Part shown: piece by piece, positions 46,843 to 57,594 of the stretch
Numbering within the stretch: the stretch's first letter is position 1
How the letters are laid out: every line of letters begins with the position of its first letter
Position numbers and translations under genes: made by a program
The notes under the pieces: generated by a model
What the model saw: the letters and a program-made list of their open reading frames with translations, nothing else
Told to the model about the DNA's origin: nothing
Databases searched by the model: none
NCBI GenBank assembly: GCA_944388575.1
Contig: CALXJF010000002.1
Location: forward strand, 10,163-74,162
Direction of reading: 5' to 3'
Source: an uncultured Clostridia bacterium
Lineage (GTDB): Bacteria > Bacillota > Clostridia > TANB77 > CAG-465
DNA: 64,000 nucleotides

Positions 46843-48567
46843 TTGAGTGCTAAAATTATAGATTCACATAGATATAAAAAGATTAGTAGAAAAGAATTAG
46901 AAAATAAAAAAAAGAGTAATAAAATTAGATATAGCACAAAGACAAAAAAATCTAATGATTTAAAATATAAAAGAGAAAAATTAAGTAAAATAAAACAAAA
47001 AAATAAATTAAATAATACTGTAACTCTGAAAATGGACAAAGATAATGAAAAAATAAAATATAAAAAAAATAAAATATATATTCCCACAATCTTTAAGGTT
47101 TTAGTTATTATTGTGGCGGTTTTTTTAATAGGTATAATATCAAGAAAGATTGTAAATTTTGAGAATATGGATATACTCAATGTTTTTTCAAATAAAGAAA
47201 AAGATGTTAAGTTAGAAAAAGACTATGCATTAAGACTTGGCATATCAAAACTAGATACTACAGATGTATCAAAAACTAGAAATATTATTTTAAATGAATT
47301 GTATTTAAATTCAACACTTAGATTATTAGAAATCAATAAAGATTATACTATAAATTATATGTCAGCAAGTAAAATTGAGAAAATAAGTAATAAAGAATAT
47401 TTAGTATATTTAAATGAAGAATATGATTTAACTTATGAGGATTTAAATCAAGCTATTAACAAAATAAAATCAGCTGGAGAAACTAATTCATATTATAAAA
47501 ATGTAGCAAATATTAAAGAGATAACAAAAGAAAATGATTATATAAGAATATTACTCAATAATGAAGATCCATACTATGTATATAAACTTGATTTTCCGAT
47601 TAATATAGATAGCAGTTCATTAGCTTTCAAAGTGCAAAATGTGTCTGATAGTATGATATCATTTAATAGATTAAAATCTAATTCAAATATAAAAAGTATT
47701 ACACTAACAAATTATTCAGATACTGATGATATGGTAGCAGATTTTAGGGATGATAAGATTGATATGTTTTTTGCATCATCGGATGGTATTATGCAAATGA
47801 TTGGTAAGCACGAATATAATATAAAGAAATATAGAGATGGTGAAAATATATTTTTGTTTGGAAATAAAGATTCTAATGTGTTTAAGTTAAAAGAAATAAG
47901 GAAAGCCTTAGTTTATTCATTAAAAAGAGAAGACATCATAAAAGAAATAAATAATTCCTTTTCAGAACTTATAGATCTACCTTTTATATATTCAGAAATT
48001 AAATATAAATATGATATTTATGGTGCAGAAAATGAATTACTTTCAAATGGTTGGAAAAAAGAAAACGGAATATATACTAAAAATATTGATGGGAAGAGTA
48101 TAAAAGCAGAATTAAATATTTTAGTTAATGAAGAAGATTCTACCAAAACACAAATAGCTAACTTGATTAAAGAGATGGCACAAAATGTTGGGATTAAGAT
48201 AAATGTTAATATAGCAAAAAGTAAAGATTTTACAACTAAACTTACAAACAAAGAGTATGATATAATATTAGCAGATGTATATTTTAATCAATATCCGGAT
48301 ATTGATTATTTAAAAGAATATGTTAATATAAATGAAAATGTAAATAATGCTTTTAATAATGTATATCAAAGCAGTAATGTAGATGAATTAACTTCAAATA
48401 TAGCAAAATTACAAGAAACATTATCTTCAGAAGTGGCTTGTATTGGTATACTTGCAAGAAATACTAATATTGTTTATCAAAAATATATAACTGGTTTTGA
48501 TTACACAAATTACTTAAAAGTATTTTCAGATTTTACAAATATTGGTAAAATATTAAGTGAAGAATAA
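46843..48567 (+). CDS. Membrane-anchored family-5 (peptide/nickel type) solute-binding-like protein, divergent
   Basis: TTG start. Lys-rich N-terminus, one TM helix, then a ~480-aa domain with the general layout of SBP_bac_5 proteins. Weak recognition. Confidence 0.45.
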   Translation: MSAKIIDSHRYKKISRKELENKKKSNKIRYSTKTKKSNDLKYKREKLSKIKQKNKLNNTVTLKMDKDNEKIKYKKNKIYIPTIFKVLVIIVAVFLIGIISRKIVNFENMDILNVFSNKEKDVKLEKDYALRLGISKLDTTDVSKTRNIILNELYLNSTLRLLEINKDYTINYMSASKIEKISNKEYLVYLNEEYDLTYEDLNQAINKIKSAGETNSYYKNVANIKEITKENDYIRILLNNEDPYYVYKLDFPINIDSSSLAFKVQNVSDSMISFNRLKSNSNIKSITLTNYSDTDDMVADFRDDKIDMFFASSDGIMQMIGKHEYNIKKYRDGENIFLFGNKDSNVFKLKEIRKALVYSLKREDIIKEINNSFSELIDLPFIYSEIKYKYDIYGAENELLSNGWKKENGIYTKNIDGKSIKAELNILVNEEDSTKTQIANLIKEMAQNVGIKINVNIAKSKDFTTKLTNKEYDIILADVYFNQYPDIDYLKEYVNINENVNNAFNNVYQSSNVDELTSNIAKLQETLSSEVACIGILARNTNIVYQKYITGFDYTNYLKVFSDFTNIGKILSEE

Positions 48568-48580
48568 AGAAGGAGGATAT

Positions 48581-49603
48581 ATGGAAAAATATACAGGGAT
48601 ATTAGAGAAAATAATAATGAAGGCACAATCTGATTTAAAAACAATTGTATTACCTGAAAGTAAGGATATAAGAGTTTTAAAAGCAGCTAATATAATAGTT
48701 AAAAATAATATTGCTAATATTATTATAATTGGGGAAAGAAGTATTATAGAAAATATATGTAAAGAAAATAATATTGTTTTAGATAGTAATATTAAAATCA
48801 TTGATAATAAAAAAAGTAATAAACTTGAAGAATATGCTTTAAATCTATATGAATTGAGAAAAAATAAAAACATTACTTTAGAAAAGGCAAGAGTACTTTT
48901 GGAGGATGAAGTATATTTTGCAACCATGATGGTAAAGTTAGAAGAGGCAGATGGAATGGTAAGTGGTGCTTGCCATTCTACTTCAGATACTTTAAGACCA
49001 GCTTTACAAATTATAAAAGCAAAAGAGGAAATAAATACTGTATCCGCATTTTTCTTAATGGAAAGTCCCAAAAAAGAATATGGAAGTGATGGCGTATTTA
49101 TTTTTGCAGATTGTGGTTTGGTTGAATTTCCAACTAAAGAACAATTATATGATATTGTAAAATCATCTGTTGTTTCGTTTAAAACGTTAGTTGATTATGA
49201 TTCACCAAGAGTTGCAATGTTATCTTATTCTACTAAAGGAAGTGCTAAAAACGAACGTATAGATAATATTATTAATGTAACAAATAGATTGAAAAGTGAA
49301 AATATAGATTTTGATATTGATGGAGAGTTACAACTTGATGCGGCAATAGTAAAGGAAGTGGCTAGATTTAAAGCACCAGAGTCAAATGTGGCAGGTAGAG
49401 CTAATATATTAATATTTCCTGATTTACAAGCTGGAAATATTGGATACAAGCTTGTACAAAGATTTGGTGATGCATTAGCTCTTGGTCCAATAACGCAGGG
49501 GTTAAATAGACCTATAAATGATCTATCCAGAGGATGTGATGTAAAAGATATAGTAGGAGCAGTTGCTATTACATCAGTGCAGGCACAAAATAATAACATG
49601 TAA
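48581..49603 (+). CDS. pta: Phosphate acetyltransferase
   Basis: Pta family sequence (IVLPES.D.RVLKAA, GMVSGA.HST.DTLRPALQIIK, ANILIFPDLQAGNIGYKL). ATG 48581 lies 8 nt after aaggagga. Located directly upstream of ackA. Confidence 0.85.
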   Translation: MEKYTGILEKIIMKAQSDLKTIVLPESKDIRVLKAANIIVKNNIANIIIIGERSIIENICKENNIVLDSNIKIIDNKKSNKLEEYALNLYELRKNKNITLEKARVLLEDEVYFATMMVKLEEADGMVSGACHSTSDTLRPALQIIKAKEEINTVSAFFLMESPKKEYGSDGVFIFADCGLVEFPTKEQLYDIVKSSVVSFKTLVDYDSPRVAMLSYSTKGSAKNERIDNIINVTNRLKSENIDFDIDGELQLDAAIVKEVARFKAPESNVAGRANILIFPDLQAGNIGYKLVQRFGDALALGPITQGLNRPINDLSRGCDVKDIVGAVAITSVQAQNNNM

Positions 49604-49655
49604 AAAAGTATAGATGTTCTATACTTTATATAAATAATAAAAGGGGGAGTTTAAA

Positions 49656-50861
49656 GTGAAGATTTTAGTTATAAATTGTGGAAGTTCTACGGTTAAATTT
49701 CAAGTTATTGATATGGATAACGAAAATGTAATTGCAAAAGGGAGATGTGATAAAATAGGATATGAAGATTCAAATCTTATATACAAAAATATAGAAAATG
49801 GTAAATCAATTGATGAGGTATTAATTCCAATGCCAGATCATAGTGAGGCAATGAAGGTATTACTAGAGAAGTTAATGGATAGTGAACTTGGAGTTATAAA
49901 AGATTTAAGTGAGATTTATGCTGTAGGACATAGAATAGTTCATGGAGGTGAGAAGTTTTCAAGTTCAGTTCTTTTAACAGATGAAGTATTGAAGGAAGTT
50001 AAAGAATTGTCTCCTTTAGCACCATTACATAACCCAGGTTGTATAATGGGAGTTGAAGCTATTATAAAAATTGCACCAAGTTTAAAAAATGTTGGAGTTT
50101 TTGATACAGCTTTTCATCAAACAATACCAGATTTTAATTATATATATCCGATACCTTATAGATATTATGAAGAATATAAAATAAGAAGATATGGATTTCA
50201 TGGTACTTCATATATGTATATTTTAGATAGATTAGTTGAATTACTTCAAAAGAAAAAAGAAGATATCAATGCCATTGTTTGTCATTTAGGTGGTGGAGCG
50301 AGTGTTTGTGCTATAAAAAATGGTAAGTCATATGATACTTCGATGGGATTTACACCACTTGAAGGACTAGTTATGGAAAGTAGATGTGGAGATATTGATC
50401 CTGCTATTGTTATAAAGATCATGAAGGAGGAATCATTAACAGCAGATGAGGTAGATAAAATATTAAATAAAAATTCTGGACGTATAGGTTTAACTGGAAT
50501 AGGTGATTTTAGATTAATGAAAGATGCAGCTAATGCTGGAAATGAAAGAGCTATACTAGCTAGAAAAATACAATCAAATAAAACAAAGAAATATATTGGC
50601 TCATATATGGCAGAGCTTAATAGAGTAGATGCAATAGTATTTACAGGAGGAGTACTTGAAAATAATGCTGATGAGATAGAAATGACTATATCAGACATGG
50701 AACATCTTGGAGTAAAACTTGATAAAGAGAGAAATGAAAAAGGAAGTAGAAAAGAATCTTTAGTTTCTAGTGATGATTCTAAAGTTAAATTATTTGTTAT
50801 TCCAACAAATGAAGAGTTACAAATTGCTAAACAAACTGTGGAAGTGTTAGAAAAATGTTAA
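49656..50861 (+). CDS. ackA: Acetate kinase
   Basis: GTG start after aaggggga. ILVINCGSSTVKFQV, GHRIVHGG, RYGFHGTSY and HLGGGASV. Confidence 0.95.
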   Translation: MKILVINCGSSTVKFQVIDMDNENVIAKGRCDKIGYEDSNLIYKNIENGKSIDEVLIPMPDHSEAMKVLLEKLMDSELGVIKDLSEIYAVGHRIVHGGEKFSSSVLLTDEVLKEVKELSPLAPLHNPGCIMGVEAIIKIAPSLKNVGVFDTAFHQTIPDFNYIYPIPYRYYEEYKIRRYGFHGTSYMYILDRLVELLQKKKEDINAIVCHLGGGASVCAIKNGKSYDTSMGFTPLEGLVMESRCGDIDPAIVIKIMKEESLTADEVDKILNKNSGRIGLTGIGDFRLMKDAANAGNERAILARKIQSNKTKKYIGSYMAELNRVDAIVFTGGVLENNADEIEMTISDMEHLGVKLDKERNEKGSRKESLVSSDDSKVKLFVIPTNEELQIAKQTVEVLEKC

Positions 50862-52072
50862 GAAAAATACAACAAGCTATATCTAAATATAACAAAAAAG
50901 TATGGGTGATGTATAATGTAGAGAATTTAGATAAATATTTTTGTAAATATATATCAAGAAATTTAGCAACAAATAGTATTTCTATTATATCTAAAAATTC
51001 TATTTATATTTTGGTATCAAGTTTAGATGCAGAAAATGTTAATAAACTTAAATATAATCACTCGAAAATACATATACTAGTTTATGAAAATAGAAAAAAA
51101 TTAGAGGAATATATTGAAGATATAATTGCTGAATTGAAATTCCCAGATGAAATATCTTTATCGTATTCTACTATGGGGGATAAAAATACTGACGTTTTAA
51201 CTCATGGTGAATATGTAACAATAACTAAATTGTTAAAAGCACCTTATTTGAAATATTCAAAAAAGATAAAGTTTACTTCTGCAGAAAATATTATTTATGA
51301 TATAGAAACTCAAAAAACTATAAAGCAACTAGAACGTTTAAAATATATTGCTAAAATTACAAATGACATATTATTTGAAACTTTTAAAAGATTAAAAGTG
51401 GGCGTTACTGAAATCCAAATAGTAGATTTAACAACAAATATTACAAATGAGATTATGAAAAAGTATATTGGTAAGAATGAAATAGTTTCATATGGTATGG
51501 CATGGGAAAATTGTCCTATTGTACTTACAGGTGAAAATTTCTTAAAAGGTGGTCATGCTTTACCAACAGAAAAAAAGTTGAATAGAGGCGATACTGTATA
51601 TTTTGATTTTGGTATTGAAGTAGAATTTTCTGACAAAGAAAAACTTTATTCTGATATTCAAAGAATGGGATATGTTTTAAAAACACAAGAAATATCTGCT
51701 CCACCTGAAGTTCAAAAGGTATTTAATACGCTGGTTGAAGCAATAGAGGATGGGATAGAAGAACTAAAACCTGGGGTTAAAGCATTTAAAATCGATAATA
51801 TTGTTAGAAGCAGGATTCAAAAAGCAGGCTATCCTGATTATAATCATGCTACTGGTCATCCTGTAGGATGCAAAGTACATGATATTGGAGCAATTATTAG
51901 TTTAAAAAATTCTAAAAGAGCACGACTTGAGTTGATAGAAAATGGCGTTTATACATTAGAACCAAGAATAAGTATTGCAAATGGTGGGTCAATTGAGGAA
52001 ATGATACAAGTAACAAAATTTGGAGGAATACCATTATGTAATACACAAAAAGAAATTTATTTAATTAAATAG
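50855..52072 (+). CDS. M24 family metallopeptidase (Xaa-Pro aminopeptidase-like)
   Basis: C-terminal pita-bread motifs: DTVYFDFG, HATGHPVG, YTLEP and GGSIEEM. Confidence 0.7.
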   Translation: MLRKIQQAISKYNKKVWVMYNVENLDKYFCKYISRNLATNSISIISKNSIYILVSSLDAENVNKLKYNHSKIHILVYENRKKLEEYIEDIIAELKFPDEISLSYSTMGDKNTDVLTHGEYVTITKLLKAPYLKYSKKIKFTSAENIIYDIETQKTIKQLERLKYIAKITNDILFETFKRLKVGVTEIQIVDLTTNITNEIMKKYIGKNEIVSYGMAWENCPIVLTGENFLKGGHALPTEKKLNRGDTVYFDFGIEVEFSDKEKLYSDIQRMGYVLKTQEISAPPEVQKVFNTLVEAIEDGIEELKPGVKAFKIDNIVRSRIQKAGYPDYNHATGHPVGCKVHDIGAIISLKNSKRARLELIENGVYTLEPRISIANGGSIEEMIQVTKFGGIPLCNTQKEIYLIK

Positions 52073-52101
52073 TTATTATATATAAATTAGGGGGTATATA
52101 T

Positions 52102-52257
52102 ATGGAGCTTGCAAAATTATTAGCATTAATTGTTGCAGGAATTTGGATTTTATTATTACTAATATATCTAATAATGAAGGATATTAAAGATAGAAAGTAT
52201 AATAAATTATTAAAAACTAAGGAACAAATGATAAAAGAAGATAAAGATAAATTTTAA
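52102..52257 (+). CDS. Small membrane protein (51 aa)
   Basis: ATG lies after aggggg. One TM helix (LLALIVAGIWILLLLIYLI) and a Lys-rich tail. Confidence 0.4.
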   Translation: MELAKLLALIVAGIWILLLLIYLIMKDIKDRKYNKLLKTKEQMIKEDKDKF

Positions 52258-52271
52258 GAAAGGATGATAAT

Positions 52272-53657
52272 ATGGAGTTAATTTATAAAAAAGAAGATAT
52301 ATATAGCAAGTTAGATGATGATAAATTAGAAAAAGTAGATACTTTTTCTAATGAATATATTGATTTTTTAAATACAGCTAAAACTGAGTATATATGTGTA
52401 GAAAAATTTACTAAAATGTTGGATGCAAATGGATTTATAGATATAAATAAAAAGGAAGAACTAAAAGAGGGTGATAGAGTTTATTTTATAAATAAAGAGA
52501 AGGCTTTATTTGTAGCTGTTATAGGTAAAGAGGATTTAATAAAAGGGGTCAATATAATTGGAGCACATATTGATAGTCCTAGACTCGATCTAAAACCAAT
52601 GCCAATGTATGAAAATAAAGATATATGTCTTCTTAAAACTCAGTTTTATGGAGGAATAAAAAAATATCAATGGATGTCTATACCATTAGCAATGTATGGA
52701 GTTATATATAATGAAAAAGGTGAGAAGATAAAGATTTCAATTGGTGATGATAATGATGATCCTTGCTTTACAATTGCAGACTTATTACCACATTTAGCTA
52801 AAGATCAAATGAAAGCAAACGCAAATGAATTTATTGATCCAGAAAAAATGTCTATACTATTTGGATCGATAAAGGACAAAGAAGCAAAAGATAATAAAGT
52901 AAAAACAAATGTACTAAAAATATTAAATAAAAAATATGGTATTAAAGAAATAGATTTTGCAAGAAGTGAAATTTCTTTTGTACCAGCATTTAAAGCAAAA
53001 TATGTTGGAATAGATTCTTCATTTATTGGTGGATATGGTCAGGATGATAGAGTTTGTTCATATTCTACTATTAGAGCAATGATTGATATTGTAAATGAAG
53101 AAAAAGAAATTAATAAAACTATGGTAGCAATGGTCGTTGACAAAGAAGAAATTGGTAGCATAGGTAATACTTCGATGAATACAGAAGCTTTTGATATGTT
53201 TATAAATAAGATAATAGAAAAAAGAGGGGCTACTAGTGTAGATAAATTAGAATTATATTATAATTCTCAAATGTTATCAGCTGATGTGTCAACTGGAGTT
53301 GATCCTGTTTTTGAAGAAGTTTCTGATGTGCAAAATGGTAATATGCTAGGTTGTGGTATCGCTGTTGAGAAGTATACTGGTAGCGGAGGAAAATATAATG
53401 CTTCTGATGCTAATGCAAAATATGTTTCTCAAGTTATGAGTATATTTGATAAAAATAAAGTTATGTATCAATTTGGAACTTTGGGAAAGATAGGAAAAGG
53501 AGGAGGAGGAACTATTGCATATATACTAGCAAATAAAGGTGTAGATGTAATAGATTGTGGTACTCCTGTTCTAGCTATGCATTCTCCTTTTGAGATTACA
53601 TCAAAATTTGATGTATATATGACATATTTAGCATATAAAACGTTTTTTAAAGCTTAA
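52272..53657 (+). CDS. M18 family aminopeptidase
   Basis: IIGAHIDSPRLDLKP, GYGQDDRVC, DKEEIGS and AMHSPFE motifs, 461 aa. Confidence 0.8.
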   Translation: MELIYKKEDIYSKLDDDKLEKVDTFSNEYIDFLNTAKTEYICVEKFTKMLDANGFIDINKKEELKEGDRVYFINKEKALFVAVIGKEDLIKGVNIIGAHIDSPRLDLKPMPMYENKDICLLKTQFYGGIKKYQWMSIPLAMYGVIYNEKGEKIKISIGDDNDDPCFTIADLLPHLAKDQMKANANEFIDPEKMSILFGSIKDKEAKDNKVKTNVLKILNKKYGIKEIDFARSEISFVPAFKAKYVGIDSSFIGGYGQDDRVCSYSTIRAMIDIVNEEKEINKTMVAMVVDKEEIGSIGNTSMNTEAFDMFINKIIEKRGATSVDKLELYYNSQMLSADVSTGVDPVFEEVSDVQNGNMLGCGIAVEKYTGSGGKYNASDANAKYVSQVMSIFDKNKVMYQFGTLGKIGKGGGGTIAYILANKGVDVIDCGTPVLAMHSPFEITSKFDVYMTYLAYKTFFKA

Positions 53658-53670
53658 AAGAGTATATAAA

Positions 53671-53706
53671 AATATGAGATAGATTATTTTTATCTCATAT
53701 TTTTTG
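53671..53706 (+). terminator. Rho-independent terminator
   Basis: aatatgagata / tatctcatatt stem followed by ttttt. Confidence 0.75.
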
Positions 53707-53770
53707 TATCAAATTTTACTTAAATAACATAGTATATATTAGCGTTAAAAAACGCATAAAAAGGAGGAAA

Positions 53771-53956
53771 ATGTATATGTGTTGTAATAACAATAATAAT
53801 TGGGGACACAATAACTGTTTTTGCTGTTGCCAAAAACAAGAACCTAAAATTATATGTAAATGCTGTAAAGAAGAACCAAAAATATCTTGTTGTTGCCAAA
53901 AACAAAACAATCAATGTGGATGTTCTAACATTGGCTCTGGTTGTAATAAATGGTAA
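53771..53956 (+). CDS. Cysteine-rich small protein (61 aa, 15 Cys)
   Basis: Strong RBS aaaaggagga 6 nt upstream. Sequence MYMCCNNNNNWGHNNCFCCCQKQEPKIICKCCKEEPKISCCCQKQNNQCGCSNIGSGCNKW with internal CCCQKQ / EPKI.C repeats. Confidence 0.55.
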   Translation: MYMCCNNNNNWGHNNCFCCCQKQEPKIICKCCKEEPKISCCCQKQNNQCGCSNIGSGCNKW

Positions 53957-53962
53957 AAAATG

Positions 53963-53982
53963 GAAAGCTTTTATAGCTTTTC
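53963..53982. terminator. Weak bidirectional hairpin between the Cys-rich ORF and the convergent SDR gene
   Basis: aaagct / agcttt 6-7 bp stem with a 5-nt loop. Confidence 0.3.
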
Positions 53983-53994
53983 ATACATATAAAA

Positions 53995-54802
53995 TCACAT
54001 ACCAAATATTCTTCCAAGTTGTATAAAAAATGCTTGAGATTTTGGAGCAGTATATCTATGCTTTAATTTTTTATCTTCCACAGCTTTAATATATTGTTTT
54101 ACAATAGAGTTAAAATTCTTCTTTTCAATAAAATTAAAAACTTTTTCCTCCTTATTTTTTATATCCTGCCATTTATACTTAAAATAGGATTTATTTTGCA
54201 TCCATTCAAATTTTTTATTAAAATTCTCTTGGTTAAAACCTGTTGCATATGCACCAGGTTCTATTATTGCTATTTGTATATTTACTCCATCTAAAGATTT
54301 CATTTCTTTTCTTAAAGATGAAACAAAACCTTCAATAGCAAATTTTGAGGCACAATATGGAGCAAGGAAGGGATAGGATATTCTGCCAAAAAGGGAGGAA
54401 ATAAAAATTATTTTTCCGTTTTTTCTCTTCTATAAATTTTTTTAAGGCCACTTGGGTTATTTGTATGTTTGAAAATACGTTAGTTTCAAATACATTTTTA
54501 AATCTATCAATTCTTATTTCACTTACAGAACCAGAATCTCCAATAGCAGCATTGTTTATTAAAGTATTAAAATCATAGTTTAATATTTTATTTCTATCAT
54601 CTTCAAGTAGTATATCTACTTTAAATGCTTGTAAGTCAATTTTATTCTCTTTAGCGATGTTATTTAATATACTAGCTTCGTTTTCATATCTTGTTGTAGC
54701 ATATACTTTATGTCCCTTTTTAGCCAGAGCTATTGCAGCCTCTTTTCCAATTCCTGTACCAGATCCGGTAATTAATATCTTTTGTTTATTCATAAAATTC
54801 AC
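53995..54802 (-). pseudogene. Short-chain dehydrogenase/reductase interrupted by a single +1 frameshift
   Basis: The N-terminal frame gives TGSGTGIG and NNAAIG up to ...KKFIEEKK-CGG(54418-54416). The +1 frame continues GKIIFISSLFGRISYPFLAPYCASKFAIEG... (Ser and YxxxK) to the stop at 53995. Confidence 0.8.
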
Positions 54803-54982
54803 CTATTTTTATTATTTCTTAAATATTATCGATTATACTAAATAAATTAGTTATAAATAATAAACTCAAAATTGACATACTGTTTTATATAGTGCTATAA
54901 TATGCAATGAGTATATTTGTGATACTTTTTTAATGTAAGGTATGTGTAAACTAAAAAATATTAGATTTAGGAGGGGATTATT

Positions 54983-55666
54983 TTGAATTTATTTAATTTT
55001 GTTATTTATGTCACTGTAACTTTTTTATGTACTTCTTTGGGTACTCAGTTGTTGAAGAAATATTTTAGAGCTATTACAATAAAAAAAATAAGTTTTAAAG
55101 ATTTAACACAAGATGGTGGTTTTCCTTCGTCTCATACAGCTTTTTCTATATCATGGACTGTAATTTCTATTTTTGCAACTATTCATTTTTATATAGAAGG
55201 TAGTTCTAAAGATATAGTTTTGCTTTCTGCAATAGTTTCTACAATTGCAATTGGAAATATGAGTATTGTTATAAGGGATGCACTGGGGGTAAGAAGAATA
55301 GTACAAATATTATGTGATGCAGTAAAAAAAGCTGCTAAGTCAAATAGTGAATTGTTTGATAATCTAAATTTAAAAGAGGTTAATAATGAAGCAACAGCAA
55401 GAATTCAAAGTAATTTTGAAGATATCGCTAATAAAATGAATATTAAATCAGGACATTTACCACATGAAGTAATAGGTGGAGCTTTTTGGGGGACTTTAGT
55501 TTCTGGAGCTGTTTCATCATATTATTATTCATTAAACACTTTGTTTATATTATTTTTAATAGGTATAATGTTGTATATACTTACAATCTCCATATTTATT
55601 AAATATAGTGTAAGTATATTAGAATGGAGAATTGTAAAATTAATTATATCAAAACGGGTACATTAA
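54983..55666 (+). CDS. Divergent PAP2 / DUF212 (acid phosphatase-vanadium haloperoxidase-related) membrane protein
   Basis: TTG start after aggagggg. GGFPSSHTAFS and the later SGHLPHEVIGGAFWG motifs. Confidence 0.65.
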   Translation: MNLFNFVIYVTVTFLCTSLGTQLLKKYFRAITIKKISFKDLTQDGGFPSSHTAFSISWTVISIFATIHFYIEGSSKDIVLLSAIVSTIAIGNMSIVIRDALGVRRIVQILCDAVKKAAKSNSELFDNLNLKEVNNEATARIQSNFEDIANKMNIKSGHLPHEVIGGAFWGTLVSGAVSSYYYSLNTLFILFLIGIMLYILTISIFIKYSVSILEWRIVKLIISKRVH

Positions 55667-55683
55667 TTTATGTACTCGTTTTA
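55651..55683 (+). terminator. Rho-independent terminator overlapping the stop codon of the DUF212 gene
   Basis: aaaacgggtacat / atgtactcgtttt stem (one G:U pair) followed by T-rich sequence. Confidence 0.6.
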
Positions 55684-55751
55684 TATTTACTTTAAAAAAA
55701 TATTGAATAGAATGAATATGTAGTACGTATCTAGTTATAGATGAATTTCTA

Positions 55752-55780
55752 TTGACATATATTGTAAATTAAAGTATAAT
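55752..55780 (+). promoter_or_regulatory. Sigma-A-type promoter of the gat operon
   Basis: TTGACA, 17-nt spacer, TATAAT. Confidence 0.6.
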
Positions 55781-55818
55781 TATAGACATAAATTAAATAT
55801 TTAAGGAGGTCTTTTTTT

Positions 55819-56106
55819 ATGAGTGTTTCAAAGGAAGAAGTATTGCATATAGCAGCGTTATCAAGATTAAATTTGACTGATAAGGAGCTTGAAAAATATA
55901 CAACGGATTTATCTAATATAGTGAATTATGCAAATGAACTTGCTAATATCGATATTGAAGGAGTAAAGCCAACAGCACATATACTAGATATAAAAAATGT
56001 GTTTAGGAAAGATGAAGTAGAAGGTTCTTATGATAGAGAAAAAATATTACAAAATGCTCCAACAAAGGCTGCAGGATGTATAACTGTGCCTAAAGTAGTA
56101 GAATAA
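55819..56106 (+). CDS. gatC: Asp/Glu-tRNA amidotransferase subunit C
   Basis: 95 aa. The sequence ...[36 protein letters not shown] matches the GatC pattern. Confidence 0.9.
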   Translation: MSVSKEEVLHIAALSRLNLTDKELEKYTTDLSNIVNYANELANIDIEGVKPTAHILDIKNVFRKDEVEGSYDREKILQNAPTKAAGCITVPKVVE

Positions 56107-56119
56107 AAAGGAGGCAAAT

Positions 56120-57580
56120 ATGGATTTATATAGTTTAAGTTTAAAAGATATAGCTCAAAAAATTAAGAGTAAACAAGTTACTATAAAAGAAGTTTTAGAT
56201 AGTGTTTATAGTAGAATAGATGAAAAGGAAGAAGTATTAGGTGCATATGTTACTTTAACTAAAGAAGCAGCGTATAAAAAAGGAGAAGAATTACAAAAGA
56301 AATTAGATGCAGGAGAAGCTATTGGAGCTCTTGGTGGTGTTCCAATAGCTATTAAAGATAATATATGTACAGATGGAGTTAAAACAACATGTGCATCACG
56401 TATGCTTGAAGATTTCGTGCCTATATATAATGCAACAGTAGTTGACAGATTAGAAAAACAAGGTGCTATTATACTTGGAAAGACAAATATGGATGAATTT
56501 GCAATGGGCTCTTCTACTGAGACTTCGTATATAAAGAAAACAAAAAATGCTTGGAATACTGAACATGTACCAGGAGGATCTAGTGGAGGAAGTGCTGTAG
56601 CAGTTTCAGCAGATATGGCATATGCTGCTCTTGGGAGCGATACTGGTGGTTCGATTAGACAACCAGCTTCATATTGCAGTGTAGTTGGATTAAAACCTAC
56701 ATATGGTTTGGTATCCAGATATGGATTAATAGCCTATGCATCTTCTCTTGATCAAATTGGAACTTTTGCAAAAAATGTTGAAGATACGGCTTTAATGTTA
56801 AATGTTATAGCAGGTCATGATAAAAAAGATACAACATCTGCTTGTATTAAAGAAAAGGATTATACCAAAGCTTTGTTAAATGATATTAAAAATAAAAGAA
56901 TTGGGGTGCCAGATGCTTTTGTAAAAGATGGAATAAATGAAGAGGTAAAACAAGCATATGATAATGGAATAAAAACTTTAGAAGATTTAGGAGCAAAGAT
57001 TGTTCATATAGACTTAGATTATGCAAAATATAGTTTGGCTACATATTATATAATTGCTACAGCTGAGGCTTCTTCAAATTTAGGACGTTATGACGGGATA
57101 AGGTATGGACATAGATCAGAAGATTTTGAAGATTTAATTGACTTATATAAAAATTCGAGAACAGAGGGATTTGGAGAAGAAGTAAAAAGAAGAATAATGC
57201 TTGGAACTTATGTATTATCTTCTGGATATTATGATGCTTATTATAAAAGAGCACAATGTGTTAGGACTTTAATTATTGAAGATTTTAAAAAGGCATTTGA
57301 AAAGTGTGATGCAATTGTTATACCAACTGCCCCACATACAGCTTTTAAGTTTGGTGAAAAATCAACAAATCCACTTGAGATGTATTTAGAAGATATTTAT
57401 ACAGTACCTGTAAATATTGCAGGCTTACCTGGTATATCTATACCCGCTGGTTTTGATAGTAAAGGTATGCCTATTGGTATTCAATTCATTTCTAATTATT
57501 TTACAGAGGAGAATTTACTTCAAATTGCGTATACATTTGAGCAAAATACAGAATTTAATAATATAAAACCAAATATATAA
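56120..57580 (+). CDS. gatA: Asp/Glu-tRNA amidotransferase subunit A
   Basis: Amidase signature [11 protein letters not shown]...[13 protein letters not shown], 486 aa. Confidence 0.95.
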   Translation: MDLYSLSLKDIAQKIKSKQVTIKEVLDSVYSRIDEKEEVLGAYVTLTKEAAYKKGEELQKKLDAGEAIGALGGVPIAIKDNICTDGVKTTCASRMLEDFVPIYNATVVDRLEKQGAIILGKTNMDEFAMGSSTETSYIKKTKNAWNTEHVPGGSSGGSAVAVSADMAYAALGSDTGGSIRQPASYCSVVGLKPTYGLVSRYGLIAYASSLDQIGTFAKNVEDTALMLNVIAGHDKKDTTSACIKEKDYTKALLNDIKNKRIGVPDAFVKDGINEEVKQAYDNGIKTLEDLGAKIVHIDLDYAKYSLATYYIIATAEASSNLGRYDGIRYGHRSEDFEDLIDLYKNSRTEGFGEEVKRRIMLGTYVLSSGYYDAYYKRAQCVRTLIIEDFKKAFEKCDAIVIPTAPHTAFKFGEKSTNPLEMYLEDIYTVPVNIAGLPGISIPAGFDSKGMPIGIQFISNYFTEENLLQIAYTFEQNTEFNNIKPNI

Positions 57581-57594
57581 AGGGAAGTGAAAAT

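Noticed and set aside
48557-48580. Track start codons that extend ORFs upstream (pta 48557, gatB 59305, rbgA 8800, queA 27413, and 10649, 25400, 26296, 31664, 60758)
   Set aside because: In each case an internal ATG has a better-spaced RBS and gives the conserved family N-terminus, so the starts were moved downstream.
48553-50698. Long antisense ORFs opposite pta and ackA (172, 124 and 138 aa). Similar antisense ORFs lie opposite leuS, dagK, queA, gatA/B and the epimerase.
   Set aside because: They sit opposite strongly conserved genes, lack an RBS, and have a Ser/Leu/Ile/Phe-rich composition typical of the reverse complement of AT-rich coding sequence.
53716-53914. Two 64-aa minus-strand ORFs overlapping the Cys-rich ORF
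   Set aside because: They have no Shine-Dalgarno sequence, whereas the plus-strand ORF has aaaaggagga at optimal spacing and an internal peptide repeat. The minus-strand ORFs are probably shadows.
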